Notes under the pieces: model-generated
The model's input: the letters and a program-made list of their open reading frames with translations, nothing else
Told to the model about the DNA's origin: nothing
Databases searched by the model: none
Shown: one piece after another, positions 8,301-13,346 of the stretch
How positions within the stretch are numbered: the stretch's first letter is position 1
Layout of the letters: the number at the start of each line of letters is the position of its first letter
NCBI GenBank assembly: GCA_020348445.1
Contig: CP070751.1
Span: 1,145,219-1,165,076, forward strand
Source: Thermoplasmata archaeon
Lineage (GTDB): Archaea; Thermoplasmatota; Thermoplasmata; GCA-020350865
Direction of reading: 5' to 3'
DNA length: 19,858 nt
Translations under genes and position numbers: made by a program

Positions 8301-10788
8301 AGCCGCTTGCTTCAGCTGCAGCGCCGCATTTAATCTCCCATAGATCCCAATCCTGCTCGAAGGCGGGGTAATTGTAAAGGGTACAGCCAACTACATCGCC
8401 TCCTCGCCCGTATACCTCAACAACATAGTCGGCGCCAATGCCCTCAATATAATATCCCGAATCAGGACTTTGATCCTTGTCTATGAAGATGTAAGCTGTA
8501 TCCACATTCTCTTTACCACCGGGCTCCCCTGCAAATATACTGCCTGCAACCCGCAAATAGAAGGATAAATCAAGATTTCTATAATCTATCCTATATTCCA
8601 CGATATCGATATTGGGATTAAAAGGCGATACCTCCATTTCTTCTGAAATCATTGGCGTCCCATTCCAATCTCTGAATTTACCATCGATCTTTATTATATC
8701 TGGTGGGCTGTGGGTTATGAATATGATATAAGGAGTTACAATTATAATCAAGACCAGTACCACCACTGTAACCAATCTGTTAAGAGTCTTTCTTCCTTCT
8801 AATGGATCCTGCCTTCCCCCAAGTCCATTGGTGATCCCGTTTCCGTTGGTGATACCGTTTGTGATTCCAACTTTCAAGGCTCTAAGACCCTTTGTGAGCC
8901 CATTTGTTAGACCGTTTGTAAGTCCATTTGTAAGTCCGTTCGTGAGTCCGTTTATCACTCCAAGTTTAGATCTCTTCATACCGTTAGTAAGCCCATTGGT
9001 AAGTCCAAACCTATCCCGTTTCAGTCCATTAGTAAGGCCGTTGGTTAATCCATTGGTGAGGCCGTTTGTCAATCCACGTCTTTTCCTTTTCACACCATTG
9101 GTTAGACCATTAGTTAATCCATTAGTGAGGCCGTTTGTTAATCCCCGTCTTTTCCTCTTCATGCCGTTGGTAAGGCCGTTTGTAAGCCCGTTGGTCAATC
9201 CACGCCTTTTCCTCTTCATGCCGTTGGTAAGGCCGTTTGTAAGCCCGTTGGTCAATCCACGCCTTTTCCTCTTCACGCCATTGGTAAGCCCATTTGTCAA
9301 TCCACGCCTTCGCTCCTTAACACCATTTGTAAGGCCGTTGGTCAATCCCCGCCTTTTCCTCTTCATGCCGTTGGTAAGACCGTTTGTGAGTCCATTTGTC
9401 AATCCCCGTCTTTGCCTCTTTAGGCCATTGGTAAGACCGCCTTTAGGACCTTCTTTTATTCCCACTCTCCTTTCCTTTATACCATTTGTAAGGCCCAGAT
9501 CAGGCCTGATTTTTTCAGGTAGGGTAGGTCTTTCCCTCGGTCTTTTTACAGGTGGTCTTATGGGCTCCTCTTCAGGCTTCTTTGGAAAATCAGATGCCAT
9601 CATTTCAAAGGCCTTTTTATAACAGTAAGAGGCCTCCTCTATCTTGTCGAGCTTGGCCAATAAATTGGCCATTGCTACCCATACCTTTTTATGATCAGGA
9701 TTGAGTTTTATAACGGTTTCAAATGACTTGAGCCCTTTTTGAATGGATCCAAGTTCTGCTAAAAGTAGTCCCCTTTTAAACCATAGCTCCTCATCAGTGA
9801 GTTTCAATGATATCTCTTTGTCCAACCATAACAATTTCTTTCTTATTTCAATCTCATCTAATGAGCTTTTAAGTTCCTTCATGATATCCTGGATTCTATG
9901 GGTAAACTCGATAATCTGGCCCCTGTCTACTCCTGATTCTGTTGTCGATATCATACCGCATTTAGAACAGAACTTATCATGGCTCTCTAACTTGGTTGTG
10001 CACAAGGGACATTGGATTTCTATTTTAATTTTCTCTTGCTCTTTTATTACTTGAGGTTCATCTTTTTCTAAAAAATCCAATTCCTCAACCAATGATTCAA
10101 TGTTATGTTCTTGTTGTTCTAGGGCCTCTTTTATTCCCGGCTCTGCTTCGAATCTTGACAATTTTTCTTCTCTTTCGACCCGGCCTAAAAACTGGGAATC
10201 CATATCCTCATCAATATCCTCTACACCGAGCTCCAAAGTAGTTTCCTCGATAAACTGGTCCAATTCTGAAATAGTTGATTCCAGAAGGCCATCGGGTAAT
10301 TCTTCAAAATCTGTAAATTCAGCACCACAGCTTGCACATTTTATATCGGTCTCACCAACTGCATCACCGCAAATTGGACATTCATATACCACAACCTCTT
10401 CTTCAGTTGATGATGATTTGTCAGGCTCCTCACTAGCATCCTCTGAGGTCTCAAGTTTTTTATCAAGTAATTCTACAAGGTCATCGAGGCTTGAATCAAG
10501 ATCCTCTTTGGTTGTTCTTTTGCTGCCTTTTTCAGATTGTATATCTTTTCTTTTTGTATCTCTGTCCCTGACATTGCCTTCTATTCTTCCATAGCGCTCT
10601 TCAAAATCCCTGAATATCCTACTCTTTTTAGATTCACTCTTTTCATCAGCGTCTGGATCATCTCTCGACATCATCTTCTTCTTTATTAGCTCGTCACATT
10701 GAGAACAATACCTAGCACCCGCTTCTATGGACTTACCACAACTTGGACATATGCCTGAACCACTTCCTTCGGAACTCAAATCCACCAT
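1..10788 (-). CDS. Giant type II membrane-anchored surface protein (putative adhesin), at least 3596 aa, 3'-truncated by the window edge: 3x zinc ribbon, 2x TPR, LTNG repeats, TM, 2x DOMON/CBM9-like, split LTD, 6x DUF2341(+LamG), DNRLRE
   Basis: Hand translation of the minus-strand frame from ATG 10788 (MVDLSSEGSGSGICPSCGK..., preceded by GAGGTG) found no stop down to base 1 (...IHMYYGNSAQSTPTEHSYGVWSN). The ORF track lists no ORF in this frame, consistent with an unterminated ORF. Recurrent domain motifs: FPVLxxITD, DGxDIxF, HEIExF, AWVKIP, IYMYYGN, IDEVRIS. The exact start codon could be a few codons downstream (GTG/TTG). Confidence 0.95.
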   Translation of the reverse strand, partial: MVDLSSEGSGSGICPSCGKSIEAGARYCSQCDELIKKKMMSRDDPDADEKSESKKSRIFRDFEERYGRIEGNVRDRDTKRKDIQSEKGSKRTTKEDLDSSLDDLVELLDKKLETSEDASEEPDKSSSTEEEVVVYECPICGDAVGETDIKCASCGAEFTDFEELPDGLLESTISELDQFIEETTLELGVEDIDEDMDSQFLGRVEREEKLSRFEAEPGIKEALEQQEHNIESLVEELDFLEKDEPQVIKEQEKIKIEIQCPLCTTKLESHDKFCSKCGMISTTESGVDRGQIIEFTHRIQDIMKELKSSLDEIEIRKKLLWLDKEISLKLTDEELWFKRGLLLAELGSIQKGLKSFETVIKLNPDHKKVWVAMANLLAKLDKIEEASYCYKKAFEMMASDFPKKPEEEPIRPPVKRPRERPTLPEKIRPDLGLTNGIKERRVGIKEGPKGGLTNGLKRQRRGLTNGLTNGLTNGMKRKRRGLTNGLTNGVKERRRGLTNGLTNGVKRKRRGLTNGLTNGLTNGMKRKRRGLTNGLTNGLTNGMKRKRRGLTNGLTNGLTNGLTNGVKRKRRGLTNGLTNGLTNGLTNGLKRDRFGLTNGLTNGMKRSKLGVINGLTNGLTNGLTNGLTNGLTKGLRALKVGITNGITNGNGITNGLGGRQDPLEGRKTLNRLVTVVVLVLIIIVTPYIIFITHSPPDIIKIDGKFRDWNGTPMISEEMEVSPFNPNIDIVEYRIDYRNLDLSFYLRVAGSIFAGEPGGKENVDTAYIFIDKDQSPDSGYYIEGIGADYVVEVYGRGGDVVGCTLYNYPAFEQDWDLWEIKCGAAAEASGSELEMQFFATAIDMTKLDEIDVLFYMQSWDKFEDFSDTVISNEKGILSITQQGVTEDVISGNGNRLTRLELYAINSDITLNEIRAARTGVGADSDVARIRLEDEAGNALCIGTLTDGVAIFQPGLSISEEQSTSLYIVVDVGVSTIVGNSIGFRIMNNHDVNIDKGTVYINRVEPDSQHHETGYLLGLPKNVVIDGAFADWEGRLKANDTIGEVNRGDLDISNYGVSNTDLGAAFFLRVDSEICAGVAVPHWNVKLKHQPTTIEEPSINGTFLTSLPKTGEDVVYIFIDTNSGYGYSWNLPITADYMIEIKGRHNKVLSQIYYEWTGTYFFDWNWTARGWVDVGLDMVEMEVGIGWNEIGIDPDSEYFEVYFLSTNWKKSETDYSDDTLPFSLNQTIMDSLLANRRGTRGDYTSDHFHPIDGVDYDSNVLDETLIDEDEPGNGGGDEETWGGKGTNMWGECEYGAGSLPAGATITAMTVYMGYHHTSDWVKDSGHWGVVWSETSDGTENPIANYSSATSDNDEAYTITSNLPTVSQINSGIYIQVIGADTGGGPDTFYLDYLYFTINYTWIYNDVRINEVMADPVGGGPFDDDWSYRKAISIDHTKVVEDLEDFPVLIDITDSDLASKAQSDGDDILFLASDAETKLDHELTSYTSGTGALNAWVKVPLVSSTHDTLIYMYYGNSNADDQSSANATWSNNYRGVWHLDETSGATIDSTSYGLSATPDASIARGETGQIGYAYLFNGVDAEVDFFTVPDGHLEFGTNSMTVSCWAKINETSGYQNLVGKGGATTGGGYILRARSNGEQGYFRVSDPTTVETNDFRFVNETWVYLVGVCDRGKNELRAYENGVEQRQDDAYPISGSFGSINISTDDFEIGDNSNTPEGWIDEVRLSFGARSEGWIITEYYNQYSPSTFYNIGSEELNSASWSYRKSITINSSKVPGDLNNFPVLVNITDSDLANDARSDGYDIVFTLSDGITSLEHEIESFNSTSGQLFAWIKIPSLSSSSDTTIYMYYGNSGQSSSTENPTGVWDSNYVMVQHLEESPANDVAGHLDSTSNDNDGTPKNFDGAAGSTTDATGKIDGADEFDGIDDYVDCGNDASLNITGTEITMEVWLYGEFPTQYKRYNVINKYNRGTGGYGLIVYRHANNIGTASAYLRNSSTYSESLCSNTYVINPNTWHHVVFTWDSPNGSMYVDGVKRTDGDFGGSINPNPSKNLWIGRYGGASGADVYWNGTIDEVRISNVVRPSDWINASYNNQYSPSTFYNIGNEELNSASWLYRKSITINSSKVTGSLTNFPVLINITDSDLASDARSDGYDIVFTGSDGVSVLNHEIESFNSPSGQLFAWVKIPSLSASFDTAIYMYYGNSGQSSSAENPEGVWDSNYVMVQHLEESPANDVAGHLDSTSNDNDGTPKNFAGTAGSTTDATGYIDGADEFDGTNDYVDVAFSSSLNITDAITVESWFNSDDALSEESEAWFGGNQKSDSWLLGWHGWDDSWCFGIYNETGTWTGGTHATDIYVTAGEWVHVLGTFDGRYLKIYVNGELEDTEDVGSTTIYTNTNGIGIGTRGTYWDGTIDEVRISNVVRSWDWINASYNNQNDISSFLYAGSEESLTSSPGYEWVEIYNAESSSVDLSGWYLKDHEGNTFDLSGAGSISAGGYLTCHLGKTGTNSSTNVYDSIFSSVYQPNATNGIDNFLDDSATTINFGTTTYLHVENNTNERRSLLYFNLSDLPQGKVTEAKIYLYRYEGDLSNDADVNVHRMTQNWTETDPGGSDWDTYDNSNNWGTSGGDYDSSIEDTTTVLGGSTAWYSWDITDMVQGWIRGMYDNYGMIFEADYLGYSQLFYSSDYTTDTSKRPKLVVNMTSTRILDYTDGLYLYHSSDAPMDYVAWGGSDGSGDDNAVDTGHWTAGDYIKTSSISENQSFGRDRDCADTNSSADWEGPETGKADPFGIHSGSWTQGAVNQDQYSIVINEVMFDPAGNPYANGWDYWKKITIHAGKVAGDLSDFPVVLDMTLYDLATYAQSDGDDIMFIGADGDTKLAHEIETFNSTTGRLIVWIKMPFLSSTNDTVIYMYYGNSSAENQQQPNEVWTNNFVGVYHLDETGEPYENSVSARNWGTQLLTPTQTTGKLGYGQEFTGNGEDDMISLGNLGLCDGNHRNITISAWAYVNATSLEDYGKIISKRDDVDTGYEFLFGFESSAADKRLQFGARGASSSYQEVAKDCWVYITGTYNGTIKRYYINGTEITQDTDSSGALRHSNWSVVLGAQDPPSQNFGGIIDEVRFSTINRTLEWIATEWYNQLDPTSFFSIGDCNNRKTVTINSSQVSGDLTDFPVFINITDSDLSANARGDGYDIHFKDADGARLHHEIVSYNGSSGELKAYVRIPSLSSTVDTTIYMYYNNPLAGDHSNPKCVYDDDFRGVWHLNERPRDDYDGTILDSSSYMNHLDSYGSMDYTNYQNGRIDGAYTFDGVGEYIYRDDYCTQSLDVGYSDYTIEAWVQLDSTVSHSYQQIAEKGGTASDVPGYYFFAHNSNNDFRMYFGDGDGSEREYTDSVSDLADDQWHHVVVTVDRDGPAIFYMDGKLDNLKDASSKDGKDMSNPSREFRISDSTDTWEGLIDEVRISFTVRSSDWVNTSYKNIVNSTLFCSVGIEEAVEFWYNSDWSYRKKITINSSKVSGGVADFPVLVNLTDSDLASDARSDGNDIIFVQGQVRLDHEIESFNSTSGELFAWVKIPWLSPTSDKVIHMYYGNSAQSTPTEHSYGVWSN
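2710..3240 (-). other. DNRLRE-type domain inside the giant protein
   Basis: QPNATNGIDNFL...NFG....LHV...RRSLLYFNLSDLP...EAKIYLY...VHRMTQNWTE...DW...W...GGD...WYSWDITDMVQGW...NYGM...FYSSD...RPKLVV matches the known DNRLRE layout. Confidence 0.8.
3463..6525 (-). repeat. Three tandem DUF2341 + LamG-like jelly-roll modules (A about 6525-5533, B about 5520-4483, C about 4470-3463)
   Basis: Each starts WxYRKxIxI..KV, contains FPVL, DGxDIxF, HE, AWxKxP, IYMYYGN and W..Y..xHL, and ends IDEVRxS...WI...YNxQ. B and C share near-identical DNA at a 1050-bp offset (e.g. 4021-4160 vs 5071-5210). Confidence 0.9.
7150..8700 (-). other. Two homologous extracellular beta-rich domains (DOMON/CBM9-like, tentative) separated by an Ig-like segment
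   Basis: Paired motifs: IKIDGKFRDW vs VVIDGAFADW; NIDIVEY vs DLDISNY; FYLRV vs FFLRV; YIFIDKD..SGY...GADYVVEVYG vs YIFIDTNSGY...ADYMIEIKG. The fold assignment comes from recall of IDG.F.DW-type sugar-binding domains and was not searched. Confidence 0.55.
8716..8775 (-). other. Single transmembrane helix of the giant protein (LVTVVVLVLIIIVTPYIIFI, aa 672-691)
   Basis: 20 hydrophobic residues preceded by RKTLNR (positive-inside rule), with no N-terminal signal peptide, implying N-in / C-out topology. Confidence 0.85.
8821..9495 (-). repeat. Coding tandem repeat: (G)LTNG tetrapeptide blocks separated by nine basic hexapeptide spacers (e.g. MKRKRR, VKRKRR, VKERRR)
   Basis: Hand count of 32 TNG tripeptides plus VING and LTKG variants over 225 aa. 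At DNA level an exact 57-bp tandem repeat spans 9150..9275 (about 2.2 copies). Confidence 0.95.
9590..9790 (-). other. Two TPR motifs in the cytoplasmic head of the giant protein
   Basis: ELWFKRGLLLAELGSIQKGLKSFETVIKLNPDH followed by KKVWVAMANLLAKLDKIEEASYCYKKAFEM fits the TPR consensus (W..G/A...LG....A...F/Y..A..L.P). Confidence 0.85.
9958..10011 (-). other. Zinc ribbon 3 of giant protein (CPLCTTKLESHDKFCSKC)
   Basis: C-x2-C-x10-C-x2-C in translation. Confidence 0.9.
10327..10380 (-). other. Zinc ribbon 2 of giant protein (CPICGDAVGETDIKCASC)
   Basis: C-x2-C-x10-C-x2-C in translation, within an acidic low-complexity region. Confidence 0.9.
10696..10749 (-). other. Zinc ribbon 1 of giant protein (CPSCGKSIEAGARYCSQC)
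   Basis: C-x2-C-x10-C-x2-C in translation, typical archaeal zinc-ribbon spacing. Confidence 0.9.
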
Positions 10789-10838
10789 CACCTCATACAA
10801 TAGGGAAATTATATTTGCATAATTTCTATTTGAATAAC

Positions 10839-10846
10839 TATATAAA
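10839..10846 (-). promoter_or_regulatory. Archaeal TATA box (TTTATATA) for the giant gene
   Basis: Perfect TTTATATA on the minus strand about 50 bp upstream of ATG 10788, with SD-like GAGGTG adjacent to the start. Confidence 0.65.
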
Positions 10847-10853
10847 CGAATTA

Positions 10854-10900
10854 TGTACAAAAAATCCAATAGTGTGTACGAAAAATGCAATCATAAAAAA
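10854..10900. promoter_or_regulatory. Direct repeats upstream of the giant-gene TATA box, putative regulator sites
   Basis: TGTACAAAAAATCCAAT (10854-10870) and TGTACGAAAAATGCAAT (10875-10891) are 15/17 identical at a 21-bp period. Confidence 0.5.
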
Positions 10901-10952
10901 ATCCAGGGAAGTTACGAAACAGATTGGCTCAAAAAAACCTACTTATATTCAA

Positions 10953-11714
10953 TCAGGTTAGCGAAATGAGGGGATTTTTCTTTCTGAATCTTTTCTTTCT
11001 CATATCCTCCAATCCATGGGGGATTCGGCCAAAGGGAATCATGGGAAGAGTCAAGACCTTTATTTCACTACCCATCTCCATTTTGAGTCTTAAAAGTTCA
11101 GGAGTGGATAGCATGATTCTGGGTCTAAGGCCGTCCCTTCTCGTCTTTTTAACGATGAACTCCTTAAAATATTTTGAATTTTTTCGATAATAATCCTTTA
11201 AGTTATCTATCAGGTCTGTTAGGTAGTAACGCTTATATTTTCCGTCACTGGCACATCGAATCAACCCAAAATACTCGAGATCGGATGTATACTTCATGAC
11301 AGTCCTGATGTTCAGATCCAATTCCTTGGAGAGTTCGTTTTGGTACACACCCTTTCTTGACCTTATCGATTCTAAAATAGCATTGCTTCTGTCCATGGCC
11401 ATCAACCTGAAGATATCGATGTGTTCTGGATTTATCATGTTCGAGGGAAAGAAAATCGTACTTCCGTTTTCCTTTACTGTCACGAACTTTTCGAAAACAA
11501 GCTTATCCAGATGCCATCTTACACTGGATTCAGAAACCGCAAGTCCCTTTGCGATACCAGATACTGTGCTGCAGGGATGGCGGCACAGGTACTCGAAGAT
11601 CACGCAGCGGGAGTTGTTCATAAGCGTGGACTTCTTCTTTATTCTATAATCATCCCTGGTGAGACTACTTCCATGAGTTAATAATTTATCAAATTCGGTT
11701 ATCATTTTTTTCAT
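10953..11714 (-). CDS. Double winged-helix-turn-helix transcriptional regulator (ArsR-like tandem wHTH), 253 aa
   Basis: HTH1 IFEYLCRHPCSTVSGIAKGLAVSESSVRWHLDKL and HTH2 ILESIRSRKGVYQNELSKELDLNIRTVMKYTSDLEYFGLIRCASDGKYKRYY. Its ATG overlaps the upstream stop (ATGA). Confidence 0.85.
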   Translation of the reverse strand: MKKMITEFDKLLTHGSSLTRDDYRIKKKSTLMNNSRCVIFEYLCRHPCSTVSGIAKGLAVSESSVRWHLDKLVFEKFVTVKENGSTIFFPSNMINPEHIDIFRLMAMDRSNAILESIRSRKGVYQNELSKELDLNIRTVMKYTSDLEYFGLIRCASDGKYKRYYLTDLIDNLKDYYRKNSKYFKEFIVKKTRRDGLRPRIMLSTPELLRLKMEMGSEIKVLTLPMIPFGRIPHGLEDMRKKRFRKKNPLISLT

Positions 11715-12610
11715 GAGCCACTGTCCTCCTCAGAATAATCCTCCAAAATCCCCTCCACCAGATAGGAGATATCAATTTTTTCGAAATCCTTGTCAGTCAA
11801 ACGCTCCAAGGACTTATGTATCCTCTCTTTTGCTGCTTTAGGAATCCCCTCCAACCTGTCCTCAAGATTGGCTTTTAAGATTTTTGGGATGTTCTTCGTG
11901 GTTTTTTTATTCTTGCTTCTAGAATCAGGATTGCTTTCAATGATTATACCGAATCCTCTAATTATCCTGAAATAATGGGAACGGTTGCTGTGCTTGCTGT
12001 TTCTGCACTTTAGAATCTCCAGCTCCCTTTGAGTGGTGGAATTATTCCTAACGAACCTCAGATGTACCACAGAATCAGCAAGATACATTGGTATGAACGT
12101 TTCTTGTCCCGACAGATCACCTGTAATTCCATGCTCTTCCAGGGTACAAATCGAAGTACCTATCTTCTTAATCTCCTTGAAAAGGAGCATAAGAAGCTCC
12201 CTTTGGGTGTACCTGTTCTCGTTGGCCCATATAATCGGTGTCAAAGGATCGATTACTATCCTGGTATTGCTACCTTCCCATTCATCAACGAAATTGGGCA
12301 TTTCCTCTCTTACGAACTCCGAGAAATTCTTGCCATTGGCATCGATGAATATCAGGGATTCTGCATCCATATAATCCTCTATGTTGTACCATCCCATTTC
12401 CTTAGCCTCTGTTATAAGCTGCTCCCTGTTTTCATCCAGGGAAATGAAAAGTCCATCATACCCTGTCTCAAGGCCTCTTCTTAAAAACTGCGTCGCGAAC
12501 GTGGTTTTACCTGAACCGGCGGCCCCGATCACCGTTGTCACGGAGTTTCTGTTTACACCGCCGTCAAGTAATGAATTTATTCCAATAACTCCTGATTTTA
12601 TCTTCTCCAT
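11711..12610 (-). CDS. Single-domain KaiC-like / RAD55-family RecA-fold ATPase, 299 aa
   Basis: SG(V)IGINSLLDGG start, Walker A GAAGSGKTT, ISLDE motif, Walker B IVIDP, YLADSVVHL, and ELEILKCR (KxR finger). Confidence 0.92.
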   Translation of the reverse strand: MEKIKSGVIGINSLLDGGVNRNSVTTVIGAAGSGKTTFATQFLRRGLETGYDGLFISLDENREQLITEAKEMGWYNIEDYMDAESLIFIDANGKNFSEFVREEMPNFVDEWEGSNTRIVIDPLTPIIWANENRYTQRELLMLLFKEIKKIGTSICTLEEHGITGDLSGQETFIPMYLADSVVHLRFVRNNSTTQRELEILKCRNSKHSNRSHYFRIIRGFGIIIESNPDSRSKNKKTTKNIPKILKANLEDRLEGIPKAAKERIHKSLERLTDKDFEKIDISYLVEGILEDYSEEDSGS

Positions 12611-12707
12611 CCCAGTCCCAATTCCTATTTTATATATATTGTATATAGAAATTTGGTACCAGACCCTATTTATTGTTTTGGCATAAGAATCAAAATTGAT
12701 AAAAATC

Positions 12708-12733
12708 TATATGAAAAATACAATCATCAAAAA
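12708..12733. promoter_or_regulatory. Motif upstream of the KaiC-like operon matching 10875-10900
   Basis: TATATGAAAAATACAATCATCAAAAA vs TGTACGAAAAATGCAATCATAAAAAA, 22/26 identical, same orientation relative to the downstream gene. Confidence 0.5.
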
Positions 12734-12879
12734 TATGCCAGATTTTAATCTATACAAAAACATTAAAACAATATTATTTTCGAATCTGATATTTTACCCC
12801 CTTCCCCTTCTTTATATTCTAGCCCTTTTGGTAATTAGCAGCACATATATCGCTGGTTTGCACACTAGGTAAATAGAAA

Positions 12880-13146
12880 TCATTTAGATTGCATGATATC
12901 CTGCAGTGCCTTGACATCAGCAGAAAGGCCCTCCAATACCAGCAGCTTGTCGTATATTGGTTTTAACGTCTTCCTTAGTTCAAGCGTTGTAACGAATGTG
13001 CCTCCTCCTTGGTCATCTGGGATTGTCTTAAAATGGTTTGTGATAATGGTGTTTATATAGGTGGATCGTTTCTCATTACCCCGCTGGGAATCAACAAGTT
13101 CAAGGATGCTCTCGTCTATGCTTATGGCGATCTTTTTCTTTGTCAT
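12880..13146 (-). CDS. Ribbon-helix-helix (CopG/MetJ-like) DNA-binding protein, about 88 aa
   Basis: MTKKKIAISIDESILELVDSQRGNEKRSTYINTII is a classic RHH pattern. The start was moved from 13233 to the ATG at 13146. A coiled-coil-like C-terminus follows. Confidence 0.85.
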   Translation of the reverse strand: MTKKKIAISIDESILELVDSQRGNEKRSTYINTIITNHFKTIPDDQGGGTFVTTLELRKTLKPIYDKLLVLEGLSADVKALQDIMQSK

Positions 13147-13346
13147 GGTCTCGGTTGGGTAATACTCTTCATACTTTTTATACCTATTGTATGGCTCATT
13201 GCTTTTATTATAGACATAAAGATGTCTTAGCAATGTAAGTATTTTTTTAAAGTGGAAACAAATGAAGGGTGGGGGGAGAGGGTATTAGGAGGTGGATTAA
13301 ATGATAGGCAATATCTTTTTATTCTATTTCCTATATTCATATCCAT

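Noticed and set aside
9150-9275. 57-bp exact tandem repeat considered as a CRISPR array
   Set aside because: No unique spacers, in-frame multiple of 3, lies within a coding repeat, and no cas genes in the window.
8828-9622. 264-aa plus-strand ORF with (PFVS/PLVR)n repeats
   Set aside because: Antisense shadow of the LTNG/KRKRR tract. The minus frame is part of the continuous giant ORF with recognisable domains on both sides.
9743-10961. Ser-rich plus-strand ORFs 9743..10054, 10100..10594 and 10743..10961
   Set aside because: Antisense to the Glu/Asp-rich head of the giant protein (GAA/GAT codons read as Ser/Phe/Ile on the opposite strand) or spanning its promoter.
11711-12610. Bona fide circadian clock KaiC
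   Set aside because: Only one ATPase domain, no kaiA/kaiB nearby, and no recognisable CII phosphorylation-site context.
10924-12686. Plus-strand ORFs antisense to the wHTH and KaiC-like genes
   Set aside because: They fully overlap well-supported minus-strand genes and have no motifs of their own.
13264-13296. G-rich tract (GAAGGGTGGGGGGAGAGGGTA) and a C-rich tract at 12795-12810, considered as a G-quadruplex or inverted repeats flanking the RHH gene
   Set aside because: The complementarity between the two tracts is only partial and low-complexity, and the G-runs do not give a convincing four-tract, three-tetrad pattern.
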